Assembly (NCBI GenBank): GCA_965231045.1
Contig: OZ246406.1
Coordinates: 250,228-314,227, forward strand
Direction of reading: 5' to 3'
From: an uncultured Candidatus Saccharibacteria bacterium
Lineage (GTDB): Bacteria; Patescibacteriota; Saccharimonadia; Saccharimonadales; JAGQNJ01
DNA: 64,000 bases
Part shown: piece after piece, positions 20,164 through 30,507 of the stretch
How the letters are laid out: each line of letters starts with the position of its first letter
How positions within the stretch are numbered: position 1 is the stretch's first letter
Program-made: the position numbers and the translations under genes
The notes under the pieces: generated by a model
Databases searched by the model: none
What the model was told of the DNA's origin: nothing
What the model saw: only the letters and a program-made list of their open reading frames with translations

Positions 20164-20449
20164 GCTCCCCTACTTTTATTGTCTCTATAAATGCATCCAT
20201 GTAAGCTACGCCACCAAGTACTTTGGCATATTCGCCCCAGCCTTTGGTCATGTCTGCGACTTGATCAGTCGTATCAATTAGAAAAGCTGAATGTTCGTCC
20301 AAAAAAATTTGACCTTTTCGGTATGCATCAACAACAAATGCGACACGTGAAGTACTAATACCTCCATCGTCACCTCGAACCGCTTCACCTAAAGCAGTGT
20401 CACGCAAACTTTCAAACCCAACAGTAGCCAAATCTGTATTACTTGTCAT
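20150..20449 (-). CDS. hypothetical small acidic protein (99 aa) in the rpsG-fusA spacer
   Basis: The ORF exactly fills the 290-nt rpsG-fusA gap and overlaps the fusA start by about 11 nt. Gly/Asp/Ala-rich. No recognisable family. Confidence 0.4.
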   Translation of the reverse strand: MTSNTDLATVGFESLRDTALGEAVRGDDGGISTSRVAFVVDAYRKGQIFLDEHSAFLIDTTDQVADMTKGWGEYAKVLGGVAYMDAFIETIKVGEHDGR

Positions 20450-20452
20450 ATC

Positions 20453-20929
20453 TTATCTCGCAAAGTGGGCAAAGGCTCGGTTAGCCTCAGCCATCTTATG
20501 GGTATCTTCTTTTTTCTTTACAGCTGTACCAGTGTTGTTATAGGCATCTACTAACTCAAGAGCTAGTCTGTCTTCCATGCTCATACCCTTACGAGAACGA
20601 GCAGCCTGTACGAACCACATATTTGTAAGATGTTGCTGTCTTTGGCCTTTAACTTCAAATGGGATTTGATAGTTGGCACCACCAACTCGACGTGAACGAG
20701 TTTCCAGGCTTGGTCGAATGTTGTTCATAGCCTGCTCAAACACTTCTAGTGGGTTTTGAACTTTTAGCTTCTGGGCAGCCTTTTCCATACCATTGTATAC
20801 AAGTCGTTCGGCAATTTGTTTCTTACCGTCTTGCATTACACGGTTGATAACGCGTTGTACAGCTACAGAATTGTAACGTCGGTCAGCTGGGATATCACGA
20901 ACTAGTGATTTAGTTTTTTTACGAGGCAT
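20453..20929 (-). CDS. rpsG: ribosomal protein S7
   Basis: [21 protein letters not shown]...VEVRSRRVGGANYQIP matches S7. Confidence 0.95.
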   Translation of the reverse strand: MPRKKTKSLVRDIPADRRYNSVAVQRVINRVMQDGKKQIAERLVYNGMEKAAQKLKVQNPLEVFEQAMNNIRPSLETRSRRVGGANYQIPFEVKGQRQQHLTNMWFVQAARSRKGMSMEDRLALELVDAYNNTGTAVKKKEDTHKMAEANRAFAHFAR

Positions 20930-21345
20930 TACTTAGAACCCTCCTTCTTAGCACCATACTTAGATCGGCGCTGTTTGCGGCCTTGAACACCCTGAAGGTC
21001 GAGAGCACCACGGACGATGTGATATCGCACACCTGGAAGGTCCTTAACACGTCCACCACGAATAAGTACAACTGCGTGTTCTTGGAGGTTATGGCCTTCA
21101 CCACCGATGTAGGCCCAAACTTCATATCCGTTTGTAAGTCGCACACGTGCAACCTTACGAAGAGCAGAGTTAGGCTTCTTTGGAGTCTTAGTTGTAACCT
21201 TAATACAAACACCTCTCTTAAGCGGTGATGATTTCTCATATGAGCGAGTCTTAAGGTTGTTTACCACGCGGTGCATGGCTGGTGACTTTGATTTCTTAGT
21301 CACTTTGACTCTCGGTTTTCGAACTAATTGATTGATTGTTGGCAT
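20929..21345 (-). CDS. rpsL: ribosomal protein S12
   Basis: [12 protein letters not shown]...[11 protein letters not shown] is canonical S12. Confidence 0.97.
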   Translation of the reverse strand: MPTINQLVRKPRVKVTKKSKSPAMHRVVNNLKTRSYEKSSPLKRGVCIKVTTKTPKKPNSALRKVARVRLTNGYEVWAYIGGEGHNLQEHAVVLIRGGRVKDLPGVRYHIVRGALDLQGVQGRKQRRSKYGAKKEGSK

Positions 21346-21360
21346 CGAGGATCTACCTTA

Positions 21361-24300
21361 TCACTTTTCTTTAGTCTCGTCAACAGGGGTGTCCTCTGAG
21401 GCGAGTTTTTTAGCATAGGCGTCATAGCCAGTACCGACCGGAATCTGGCGACCTAAGATTACATTTTCTTTCAAACCACGAAGTGAATCTACCTTGCCAC
21501 TTGTTGCAGCAGCAATCAGCACACGAGTTGTGTCTTGGAAGCTTGCAGCTGACAAGAACGACTCAGTCGACAAGCTAGCTTTGGTGATTCCAAGCAATAG
21601 TTGGTTGTATTGAATAAGCTGTTTATTAGCTTTAGCAAGCTCCTCATTCTTCTCAACAACTGCTAGTTTGCTAACAATGTCACCCGTCACAAATTCGCTA
21701 TCACCAGCGTCTTCAATCTGTACACGGCTAAACATTTGTCGAACAATCACTTCAAGGTGCTTATCGGCAATATTCTGACCCTGTGATGCGAAAATACGCA
21801 AAATTTCGTTCATGATGTAGCGCTGAGTAGATTCAATACCTTGTAGGCGCATAAGCTCATGAAGGTTAATTGAACCATTCGTTAATCTCTGTCCTGCTAC
21901 AACTTTGTCATTTTCTTTGACTACAAGCTGTTTGTAGCCTGGAATCTCATAGCGCAAAACACTTTGACTGGATGGAGTAATTACAATCTTGGTTGGAGAA
22001 AGCTTAACCTTACCTTCTAGAGGTGCAGTTAACGGCTTAACGCCTTTTTCGCCACTGGCAATTACATCACCAACTGCCACATCTGAACCATCAGCCACCT
22101 GTGGTTGTCGATCGTCAAGATTTAGGGTTACTTTTTCTTTGTCATCAGCCGTAACTTGAACGACGTAATGGTCGCCTTCTTCCCAAGTTTGGACCGTTCC
22201 AGAAATGTCACTTAAGAAAGCTTGTCCCTTAGGTGCTCGCACTTCAAACAATTCTTCTACACGAGGCAAACCTGTGGTGATATCTTCACCAGCTACACCA
22301 CCGGAGTGGAAGGTTCTTAGTGTCAACTGCGTACCAGGCTCACCGATACTTTGTGCGGCAATAACACCAATTGGATAGTGATCAGCCACAATATTTCCAG
22401 TTGCTGGATCAACACCATATGATTTGCGGCTTACACCACGTACATCAGTACAGCTAAGTGCACTCATGATTTTAATGCCATCAAGCGCCTCATCGGCTTC
22501 TATAGCCTTGGCGATTTCGCCAGTAAAGAGCTCACCCTTCTTGATGTGGCCCTTAACAGGTTCAGCTGCAAAACGACCTTCAAGTCGACTGGCAAAACTT
22601 ACCCCGATTTCATTGGCATCAGCCCGATAAATTGGGAATCCTGGGTCTTCGGCATCTTCATCAATGGTAAATACATCTTGCGACACATCTACCAAACGTC
22701 GAGTCAGATAACCAGAGTCGGCAGTCTTAAGCGCAGTATCGATCATACCCTTACGTGCACCTCGAGTGGCGGTAAAGTACTCAAGTGGGTTAAGACCCTT
22801 CTTATAGCTTGATCGAATTGGTAGCTCAATTGCCCGACCAGTCGCATCCACCATAGTTCCAAGCATACCGACGGCGGTCATAACCTGACCGATGTTACCT
22901 CGGGCACCAGACATAACAGCCGTACTCATCGCGCTGTCTTCTTGAACGAACTGTTCACTCAAGGTTGATTGCACATTTGCAGCCGTATCCATCCATGTCT
23001 CAACAGTCAAACGATAACGCTCATCGTCAGTAATGAAACCTTGGTCATACTGATGACTAATCTCAACTGCCTTCTTTTCACCGTCATCAAGCAGTTTGTG
23101 AAGGTCAGCAATGTCACTAAAGTCATCCATTCCGAGTGAAAGACCTGATCGTGTGGCGTACTCAAAGCCAAGGTCCTTAAGGTCATCAGCAATGTTAGCC
23201 GTTTTGTCTTGACCATATTTTTGATAAGCCACAGCCATAACAGCTGCAAGCTTCTTCTTGGTCATTGTGTCATCCTGGAAAGGAAAATCCTCTGGGAATA
23301 CTTCATTGAAAAGTAACCGTCCAAGAGTGGTTTCGCGCACTTCTCCACGGAACATAGTTCGTACCGTATTCTGTAACTTGATTTCACCGCTATCTAGCGC
23401 CATTAGTGCTTCTGAAAGATCACTATATGGTTTTGGCTTGTTATCTAAACCAGGACGTTCATACGTTAGGTAATAACAACCTAGCACGATATCTTGTTCG
23501 ATATGTAATATTGGCGACCCATCCGCTGGTTTAAGCAAGTTTTTGTTGCTAGCCATTATTTCTTTAGCTTCTTTTTGAGCTGCGTCAGAAAGTGGCAAGT
23601 GAACAGCCATCTGGTCACCATCAAAGTCAGCGTTGAAACCTTTACATACGAGAGGATGAAGCTGAATAGCTTTACCTTCAATCAGTACTGGCATGAATGC
23701 TTGGATACTAAGTCGGTGAAGTGACGGTGCACGGTTAAGTAGCACGTACTTTTCTTTAATTACTTCATCTAACGCATCCCAAACTGCTGTTTCACCAGCT
23801 TCAATCATGCGAGTAGCACTACGAATGTTGTGGGCATGCTCGTTTTCGATCAAATGACCGATAACAAAAGGCTTAAACAATTCTAGAGCCATCATCTTTG
23901 GTAGACCACATTGATCAATCTTTAGCTCTGGACCAGCAACAATTACTGAACGACCAGAGTAATCAACACGCTTACCAAGAAGGTTTTGACGGAAACGACC
24001 TTGTTTACCTTTGAGCATATCACTCAAGCTCTTTAGACGACGTCGTTGACCAGTTGCAGCTACTGCACGACCAGAACGAGCGTTACCGTTGTCAATTAGA
24101 GCATCGACAGCTTCTTGAAGCATACGTTGTTCGTTTCGGCGAATTACTTCTGGTGCATTTAAGTCCATCAGTTTCTTGAGTCGATTGTTACGGTTGATAA
24201 CTCGACGGTATAGATCGTTAAGGTCGCTAGTCGCAAAACGTCCACCGGTTAGTTGAACCATAGGTCGAAGATCTGGAGGGATTACTGGCAGAACAGATAC

Positions 24301-25182
24301 ACAAGTTGAACTTGGCTTAATACCAGCTCGTTGCATGCTCTCTAGAAGTCGTAAACGCTTCATAATCTTCTTTTTACGTTGTCCCTTGGCTTCTTCAGCT
24401 TCTTTGGTCAAATCTTCAATAAGTTTACCTAGGTCAATCTCATCAAGAAGCTCTTTAAGTGCTGCGCCACCCATACCAACTTCAATAATGTCTTGTAGAT
24501 CGTCACTGAGGTTTTGGTATTCACTCTCAGAAATAAGATTTAACTTCTCCAGAGATGTAACTTGATCTTTGAATGTTTCAAATTCGCTTGTTAATTCTTC
24601 AAGCTCTTTAGTTCGCATTTCAGCCAAGGCTTTTACGTTAGCTTCTTCAGCTTCAGCTTCTTTTTCGTAACGAGCCTTTATAGCTTCCTGAGCCGCAGCA
24701 TACTCCGCTTCTTTATCGGCCAGCATTTTATCGCGTTTTTCTGTGTCAACTTCTTTAATGATGTAACTAGCAAAGTAAGCGACACGCTCAAGATTCTTAA
24801 CTGTCATTCCAAGCAGCAAGCCTATTGCTGATGGTGTTCCACGAAGGAACCAAATGTGTGCAACTGGGCAAGCTAAGCTAATATGGCCCATTCGCTCACG
24901 TCGCACAATACTTCGTGTAACAATTTCGCCATTTTTATCGACTGCAGCTTCGCGTGAACGAACACCCTTGTACTTGGCATCATGAGGATTTATATCTTTA
25001 ACTGGACCAAAAATACGCTCACAAAATAGACCGTCTCGTTCTGGTTTTTGTGTTCGATAGTTAATAGTTTCAGGCTTTGTAACTTCACCATGTGACCAAT
25101 CTGTAATATCATCGCTGCTGGCAACAGCAAGACGTACAGCATCAAAGTCTGCAATATTTGGACCGTTTGAATATCTACGCAT
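21361..25182 (-). CDS. rpoC: DNA-directed RNA polymerase beta' subunit
   Basis: 1273 aa. [12 protein letters not shown] catalytic motif, zinc-binding and trigger-loop regions present. Confidence 0.97.
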   Translation of the reverse strand: MRRYSNGPNIADFDAVRLAVASSDDITDWSHGEVTKPETINYRTQKPERDGLFCERIFGPVKDINPHDAKYKGVRSREAAVDKNGEIVTRSIVRRERMGHISLACPVAHIWFLRGTPSAIGLLLGMTVKNLERVAYFASYIIKEVDTEKRDKMLADKEAEYAAAQEAIKARYEKEAEAEEANVKALAEMRTKELEELTSEFETFKDQVTSLEKLNLISESEYQNLSDDLQDIIEVGMGGAALKELLDEIDLGKLIEDLTKEAEEAKGQRKKKIMKRLRLLESMQRAGIKPSSTCVSVLPVIPPDLRPMVQLTGGRFATSDLNDLYRRVINRNNRLKKLMDLNAPEVIRRNEQRMLQEAVDALIDNGNARSGRAVAATGQRRRLKSLSDMLKGKQGRFRQNLLGKRVDYSGRSVIVAGPELKIDQCGLPKMMALELFKPFVIGHLIENEHAHNIRSATRMIEAGETAVWDALDEVIKEKYVLLNRAPSLHRLSIQAFMPVLIEGKAIQLHPLVCKGFNADFDGDQMAVHLPLSDAAQKEAKEIMASNKNLLKPADGSPILHIEQDIVLGCYYLTYERPGLDNKPKPYSDLSEALMALDSGEIKLQNTVRTMFRGEVRETTLGRLLFNEVFPEDFPFQDDTMTKKKLAAVMAVAYQKYGQDKTANIADDLKDLGFEYATRSGLSLGMDDFSDIADLHKLLDDGEKKAVEISHQYDQGFITDDERYRLTVETWMDTAANVQSTLSEQFVQEDSAMSTAVMSGARGNIGQVMTAVGMLGTMVDATGRAIELPIRSSYKKGLNPLEYFTATRGARKGMIDTALKTADSGYLTRRLVDVSQDVFTIDEDAEDPGFPIYRADANEIGVSFASRLEGRFAAEPVKGHIKKGELFTGEIAKAIEADEALDGIKIMSALSCTDVRGVSRKSYGVDPATGNIVADHYPIGVIAAQSIGEPGTQLTLRTFHSGGVAGEDITTGLPRVEELFEVRAPKGQAFLSDISGTVQTWEEGDHYVVQVTADDKEKVTLNLDDRQPQVADGSDVAVGDVIASGEKGVKPLTAPLEGKVKLSPTKIVITPSSQSVLRYEIPGYKQLVVKENDKVVAGQRLTNGSINLHELMRLQGIESTQRYIMNEILRIFASQGQNIADKHLEVIVRQMFSRVQIEDAGDSEFVTGDIVSKLAVVEKNEELAKANKQLIQYNQLLLGITKASLSTESFLSAASFQDTTRVLIAAATSGKVDSLRGLKENVILGRQIPVGTGYDAYAKKLASEDTPVDETKEK

Positions 25183-28100
25183 TACTTTGCCTCCTCTTCA
25201 TCGTTAGTATCCGTGGCCGTGTCCTCGTCATCATCTGATCCTCCAGGGACACTTGCATGAACTTGATCGTCAAGTTCAATAATTTCAAATTCGTCTGTTA
25301 TAGCATCGGCTGTAACATCAATCTCCGAAGCCTCAGGAGCTGGGACATCAACGTCAGACTGGTGCTCGCCTTCATCTTTTATGTTTTCGGCTAGTACTGC
25401 TTCAGCATCAACAGTTGCATCAGAGGCCATTAAGTCAACCTTAAGTCCAAGTCCTTGCAATTCTTTTACAAGCACATTGAAGCTTTCTGGAACTTTTGGA
25501 CCAACAATATCCGTTCCCTTAATGATCGACTCATAAGCCTTTGAACGTCCGTAAACATCATCAGACTTAATAGTAAGCATTTCTTGGAGTGTAGTTGCGG
25601 CACCATAAGCTTCAAGTGCCCATACTTCCATTTCACCAAATCGCTGACCACCGTTTTGGGCCTTACCACCAAGTGGCTGTTGAGTAACCATAGTGTATGG
25701 TCCAGTTGAACGAGCGTGGATCTTATCGACAATCATGTGGTTTAGCTTAATCATGTACATGCTTCCCACAGTTGTCTCTTCAGAAAATGCCTCACCTGTT
25801 CGGCCATCATAGAGTTGCTGTTTACCATTCTGAGGTAAGCCAGCTTCTTTGAGTAGCTCTTGGATCTTTGGTATCGGCACACCATTAAATGACGGGCTAG
25901 CAACTTTCATACCAAGCGCCCGTGCGGCCATACCAAGGTGAGTTTCAAACAACTGACCAATGTTCATACGTGATGGCACACCTAGCGGGTTAAGAACAAT
26001 ATCAACTGGTGTTCCATCTTCCATGAATGGCATGTCTTCAACTGGCAAAATTCGAGCGATAACACCCTTGTTACCGTGACGACCACCAAGCTTGTCACCA
26101 ACTGCAATTTTACGCATTTGAGCAACAAAAACTTGAATCTGCATGATTACACCGGCTTTTAGTTCGTGGCCGTTTTCCCTAGAAAAAACCTTAACACCAA
26201 CAACTTTACCGTGCTTACCATTACTCATTCGTTGTGATGTATCACGCACATCTTTTGCCTTCTCACCGAAAATAGCTCGAAGTAGGCGCTCTTCACTTGA
26301 AAGTTCTTGCTCACCTTTTGGCGTAATCTTACCAACTAAGATGTCACCAGGGTGGACTTCAGCACCAATGCGGACGATTCCATCATCGTCAAGATGTCGC
26401 AGAGCTTCTTCAGAAACGTTAGGAATATCTCGTGTTACAAGTTCTGGGCCAAGCTTAGTTTCACGAACTTCAGTCATGAAGTCGACAATGTGAATTGAAG
26501 TCAAGGCATCGTCTTCAACCAATTTTCGAGAAATAATTATGGCATCCTCGAAGTTGTAGCCTTTCCATGGCATAAATGCAGCAACAAGATCACGTCCAAG
26601 AGCTAATTCACCATCAGCAATTGACATACCTTCTATAAGTGCATCGCCTTTTTTAACCTTTTGGCCAGAAACAACAACAACTTTTTGATTGATACATGAA
26701 CCTTCATTACTTCTAATAAAGTGTTGTGGGTGATAGGTAACCTTGCCGGCTTTTTTGTAGCTAACAACGACTTCTTCACCGGTAGCTTTTACTACTTCAC
26801 CATCTTCTTCTGCGGCAATCAGCTGACCAGTATTGGCTGCGACAACTGCCTCAAGACCAGTACCAACAATTGGACTAGCCGGAGTAATTAGCGGCACAGC
26901 TTGACGTTGCTGGTTACTACCCATAAGTGATCGGTACACATAGTTCTTTTCGACAAATGGAATCAAACCAGCTGAACTACCAATAATTTGGCGCCGACTG
27001 GCGTCCATGTGAGTTACTTCGTTTGCATCAACCTCACCTGAAACAAGATGAGCACGCGCTGAAACACGTTCGTTTACAAAGTGACCATTGGCATCCACTT
27101 CCTCACCTGCACTAGCGATAACTGCTTGTTCTTCTTCAGAAGCATCCAAATAAACAACTTCTTTTTGGACAACAGCTTTTACGGGCCATGTAGCTCGTTC
27201 TTTAACTGCAGCTAGTTTTTTGGCATCTGCAGCCGTGATTTTTGCACCGGCTTTTACTAGAGTTTTACCTTTAGCATCCTCAAGATTAACAGCTGCAACT
27301 CGTCCTACAGCATCTTTGGCTGTAGTGGCATTGCTAACTTTAATGTAAGGAGTTTCAATAAAACCATATTCGTTAATACGAGCGTAGCTAGCGAGGTTTA
27401 GAACCAATCCAATGTTGGCACCTTCTGGCGTTTCTACGGCACATATACGTCCATAGTGAGTAGCATGTGCATCACGCACTTCAAATCCAGCACGTTCACG
27501 AGAAAGACCTCCAGGTCCCATTGAGCTCAAGCGTCGTTTGTGAGCAAGCTCAGAAAGTGGGTTAATTTGGTCCATGAACTGCGAAAGCTGTGAGCTCGCA
27601 AAGAATTCACGAACAGCAGCCACAACTGGACGAGCATTAATAAGCTGTCCGGGTGTTACTGTCTCGATTTCACACATGCTCATGCGGTCTTTGGTATTTC
27701 GCTCCATTCGAAGCAAACCAATTCGGAATTGTCGTTGTACAAGTTCACCGACTAATTTCACGCGTCGATTAGCAAGTGAATCAATGTCATCGGCAGGTTC
27801 TTGAGTATTATTAAGACGAATAATCTCCGAAACTATGGCTTGAAGATCTTCAAGTCGCATAACACGATTTTCGGCAGTATTTTTAACGTCTAGATTAAGC
27901 CGCTTATTGATCTTATATCGTCCAACACGGCTAAAATCAAAACGCTTAAAGTTGTAGAACATATTCTCGAGTAAGCTTCTAGCGTTATCTACAGTTGCTA
28001 GGTCGCCAGGACGAAGTCGACGATAAACCTCGATCAATGCTTCGTTCACGCCACGAGCAGGATCTTTTTCTAGGGTAATATCGAGATAGTTTGTTTCGCC

Positions 28101-28739
28101 TTGGTCAACATGCGCGAAAGCCTCTTTCATAGCTTGATCGCTCATACCTAATGCTCGGAACAGTGTAGTAACAGGAATTTTTCGCTTTCGATCAATCTTG
28201 ACATAAAGTGCACCATTAGCAGCTGTTTCAAACTCAAGCCAAGCACCCCGACCAGGGATCACCTTGGCACCGTAGTGGTTTTTGCCGCCTACTTGGTCAG
28301 ATGTGAAGAATACACCGGCCGATCGGATCAGCTGACTTACAACAACACGTTCAGCACCATTTATTACAAAAGTTCCACGTGTAGTCATCCATGGATAGTC
28401 ACCAAGATAGATCTCTTGTTCTTTGACTTCACCAGTAACTTTATTTGTAAGAACGACCGTAGCCTTTAGTGGAGCTTCGTAAGAAACATTATTCTCACGA
28501 GCTTCCACTTCTGACATTTTAGGATCTTCAAAGCGATAATCTTTGAAACTTAATGATAATTTTGTACCGGTATAGTCATCAATTGGACTAATTTCGGCCA
28601 ATAATTCGCCAAGACCTTCTTCTACGAACCATTGAAATGATTTATTTTGGTGATCTACTAGATTTGGTAGATCAAGGATGTCATCTGTTTGTGTAAAGTA
28701 CGTGCGCTTTTTATGCGCAATATTTGACGCCTTCGCCAT
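25182..28739 (-). CDS. rpoB: DNA-directed RNA polymerase beta subunit with an acidic C-terminal tail
   Basis: 1185 aa. Rif-cluster-like GPGGLSRERAGFEVRD, plus the motifs EGANIGLV and GEMEVWALEAYGAA. Confidence 0.97.
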   Translation of the reverse strand: MAKASNIAHKKRTYFTQTDDILDLPNLVDHQNKSFQWFVEEGLGELLAEISPIDDYTGTKLSLSFKDYRFEDPKMSEVEARENNVSYEAPLKATVVLTNKVTGEVKEQEIYLGDYPWMTTRGTFVINGAERVVVSQLIRSAGVFFTSDQVGGKNHYGAKVIPGRGAWLEFETAANGALYVKIDRKRKIPVTTLFRALGMSDQAMKEAFAHVDQGETNYLDITLEKDPARGVNEALIEVYRRLRPGDLATVDNARSLLENMFYNFKRFDFSRVGRYKINKRLNLDVKNTAENRVMRLEDLQAIVSEIIRLNNTQEPADDIDSLANRRVKLVGELVQRQFRIGLLRMERNTKDRMSMCEIETVTPGQLINARPVVAAVREFFASSQLSQFMDQINPLSELAHKRRLSSMGPGGLSRERAGFEVRDAHATHYGRICAVETPEGANIGLVLNLASYARINEYGFIETPYIKVSNATTAKDAVGRVAAVNLEDAKGKTLVKAGAKITAADAKKLAAVKERATWPVKAVVQKEVVYLDASEEEQAVIASAGEEVDANGHFVNERVSARAHLVSGEVDANEVTHMDASRRQIIGSSAGLIPFVEKNYVYRSLMGSNQQRQAVPLITPASPIVGTGLEAVVAANTGQLIAAEEDGEVVKATGEEVVVSYKKAGKVTYHPQHFIRSNEGSCINQKVVVVSGQKVKKGDALIEGMSIADGELALGRDLVAAFMPWKGYNFEDAIIISRKLVEDDALTSIHIVDFMTEVRETKLGPELVTRDIPNVSEEALRHLDDDGIVRIGAEVHPGDILVGKITPKGEQELSSEERLLRAIFGEKAKDVRDTSQRMSNGKHGKVVGVKVFSRENGHELKAGVIMQIQVFVAQMRKIAVGDKLGGRHGNKGVIARILPVEDMPFMEDGTPVDIVLNPLGVPSRMNIGQLFETHLGMAARALGMKVASPSFNGVPIPKIQELLKEAGLPQNGKQQLYDGRTGEAFSEETTVGSMYMIKLNHMIVDKIHARSTGPYTMVTQQPLGGKAQNGGQRFGEMEVWALEAYGAATTLQEMLTIKSDDVYGRSKAYESIIKGTDIVGPKVPESFNVLVKELQGLGLKVDLMASDATVDAEAVLAENIKDEGEHQSDVDVPAPEASEIDVTADAITDEFEIIELDDQVHASVPGGSDDDEDTATDTNDEEEAK

Positions 28740-28938
28740 ATATGACCATGCTCCCCTGTTATCTACAGAATTTTAGACAACTAAAAGACTGTAAGATTAA
28801 CTTAATTTTATAGATACGCGTGAAGATCTCTAAGGGTTAATTGGTATTTTCTCGAGATAAATACCAGCAAGGCCCTTACCCTACTTCTTAAAGTCTAGTT
28901 TGAATGATTCCAGCTCAGATGTCAATAGTATATCAATA

Positions 28939-29535
28939 CTATTTTTTAATAACTTTGTCGACGATTCCATACTTCTTGGCATCATCGGCATTAAGCCAGA
29001 AATCACGTTCGACGTCTTGTTCTATTTTCTTCAAAGATTGTCCGGTATTTTTAGCCAAAATTTCATTCAAGAGTTTCTTGAGTCTTAAACCTTCTTTAAG
29101 ATCAATTTCCATGTCGCTAACTCGGCCACGAGTACCTGATGAAGGTTGATGAATCATAACAGTCGCATGCGGAAGCAAGAATCGTTTGCCTTTAGCGCCT
29201 GAGCTAAGCAGGAAGGCCGCGGCGCTAGCTTGTACACCAATACCTACGGTTTGAACGTCACATTTCACATACTGCATTGTGTCGTAGATAGCGAACGCAT
29301 CATAGACGCTTCCACCAGGACTATTTATGTACAATTTAATGTCTCTCTTTGGATCTTCGCTCTCTAGAAATAACATCTGTGCAATGATTAGGTTAGCGGT
29401 ATGCTCATTTACATCTGTGCCCAAAAAGATAATACGATCTTTAAGAAGCCTTGAATAAATATCATATGCTCGCTCCACTCGGCCATCTTGCTCGATGACA
29501 GTTGGAACTAATACTGAACTGCTTGGTTTCGTCAT
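28939..29535 (-). CDS. clpP: ATP-dependent Clp protease proteolytic subunit
   Basis: 198 aa. [36 protein letters not shown] is the ClpP Ser/His region. Confidence 0.9.
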   Translation of the reverse strand: MTKPSSSVLVPTVIEQDGRVERAYDIYSRLLKDRIIFLGTDVNEHTANLIIAQMLFLESEDPKRDIKLYINSPGGSVYDAFAIYDTMQYVKCDVQTVGIGVQASAAAFLLSSGAKGKRFLLPHATVMIHQPSSGTRGRVSDMEIDLKEGLRLKKLLNEILAKNTGQSLKKIEQDVERDFWLNADDAKKYGIVDKVIKK

Positions 29536-29559
29536 AGTAGTCTTAGTTTAGGTCATAAA

Positions 29560-29586
29560 TTAGCACTCGTCAATCCCGAGTGCTAA
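29560..29586. promoter_or_regulatory. CIRCE operator (HrcA binding site) 25-51 nt upstream of the clpP start
   Basis: Exact match to the consensus TTAGCACTC-N9-GAGTGCTAA: TTAGCACTCGTCAATCCCGAGTGCTAA. Confidence 0.85.
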
Positions 29587-30178
29587 CTTTTTGTACTACT
29601 TGTTCGTAAACATGGAATAAAAAACCGACTCTTATTCTTGTATCTGAGGTTAATTCTACGCCATGCTCTACTTGATCGTCAGGATGACAAAGATTATTAA
29701 TTGTAATCACATCGCCAGGAAAAATCGGTATCCCGTTTGGGTATTTTGATTTGTAACGTCCTGAGAAAAACCAATTAACTCTTCCCCCAGCATTGGCCAT
29801 GACACGGATATCTCTTGCCCCATCAGTATGTATACCGAGTCGGTTATTACCACTGGCTTGTGACATCACACGAGCATATCCGATTATTTGTCGCCAATCA
29901 AAATCAACAACATTAAAAAGTTGCTCGTAAATCCTCATTCTCGCATTGTGGGAGTTTTGGACTAGCTCTCCTTGTAGTTTTTGATCAAAACCTAGGGGAG
30001 CAACATTAGTTAGCATAAATGACTCCATACCTTTGGTATGAGTTGAAAAATGTTTTATCCCACCTATGTTCGGATTAGACATAATGTCAGATGAAGCTTC
30101 GAGTGCAAGCTCAGGCGAAATAAAACCAGGTTGGTAGCTTAACTCTCCCTCTTCAGGAATAATTAGTCGAGTGGGCAT
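29570..30178 (-). CDS. hypothetical protein, possible 2-oxoglutarate/Fe(II)-dependent oxygenase fold (202 aa)
   Basis: Spacing resembles an HxD...H...RxR arrangement: GIHTDGARD ... PIFPGDVITINNL ... EHGVE ... TRIRVGF, like the double-stranded beta-helix facial triad plus a 2OG-binding Arg. Motif-level only. Confidence 0.4.
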   Translation of the reverse strand: MPTRLIIPEEGELSYQPGFISPELALEASSDIMSNPNIGGIKHFSTHTKGMESFMLTNVAPLGFDQKLQGELVQNSHNARMRIYEQLFNVVDFDWRQIIGYARVMSQASGNNRLGIHTDGARDIRVMANAGGRVNWFFSGRYKSKYPNGIPIFPGDVITINNLCHPDDQVEHGVELTSDTRIRVGFLFHVYEQVVQKVSTRD

Positions 30179-30226
30179 AAAATCCAGATTAGACCCACCC
30201 AGTTTATACTGTCAAGGATAAGCTAT

Positions 30227-30472
30227 TTACATATTGCGAGTAGCAAAATCTAATACTCTATGTGCAACAGGTCTAAACTTATCTGAAATTGGTACTTCAA
30301 CTACAAATGCACCAGCTAATCTAGCTAGATAAGAGTCTGAGATGTCAAGGATTGCATTACCACGAGATTGCAATAAGTCTGGGCTTTTCATATCAACACC
30401 CAACCCTACATCATTCTTTGCAACTCGGGTGATTATCGTTTTACCTCTTATAGCTTCTTCGAATACATCCAT
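30227..30472 (-). CDS. hypothetical small protein (81 aa)
   Basis: ORF between tig and the oxygenase-like gene. Same reading frame as the downstream gene but separated from it by TAA and TGA. Confidence 0.3.
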   Translation of the reverse strand: MDVFEEAIRGKTIITRVAKNDVGLGVDMKSPDLLQSRGNAILDISDSYLARLAGAFVVEVPISDKFRPVAHRVLDFATRNM

Positions 30473-30507
30473 ATTACTATATTACAATCTATTTTACTTT
30501 TATGCGA

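Noticed and set aside
29550-29590. Considered a CtsR box or sigma32 promoter as the clpP/clpC regulator
   Set aside because: No tandem GGTCAAA heptads are present. The element is an exact CIRCE inverted repeat instead.
30179-30229. Stop-codon read-through or recoding joining the 81-aa and 202-aa ORFs
   Set aside because: Two different in-frame stops (TAA and TGA) occur within 6 codons, and many genes in the window terminate with TGA/TAA/TAG, so a standard code is used.
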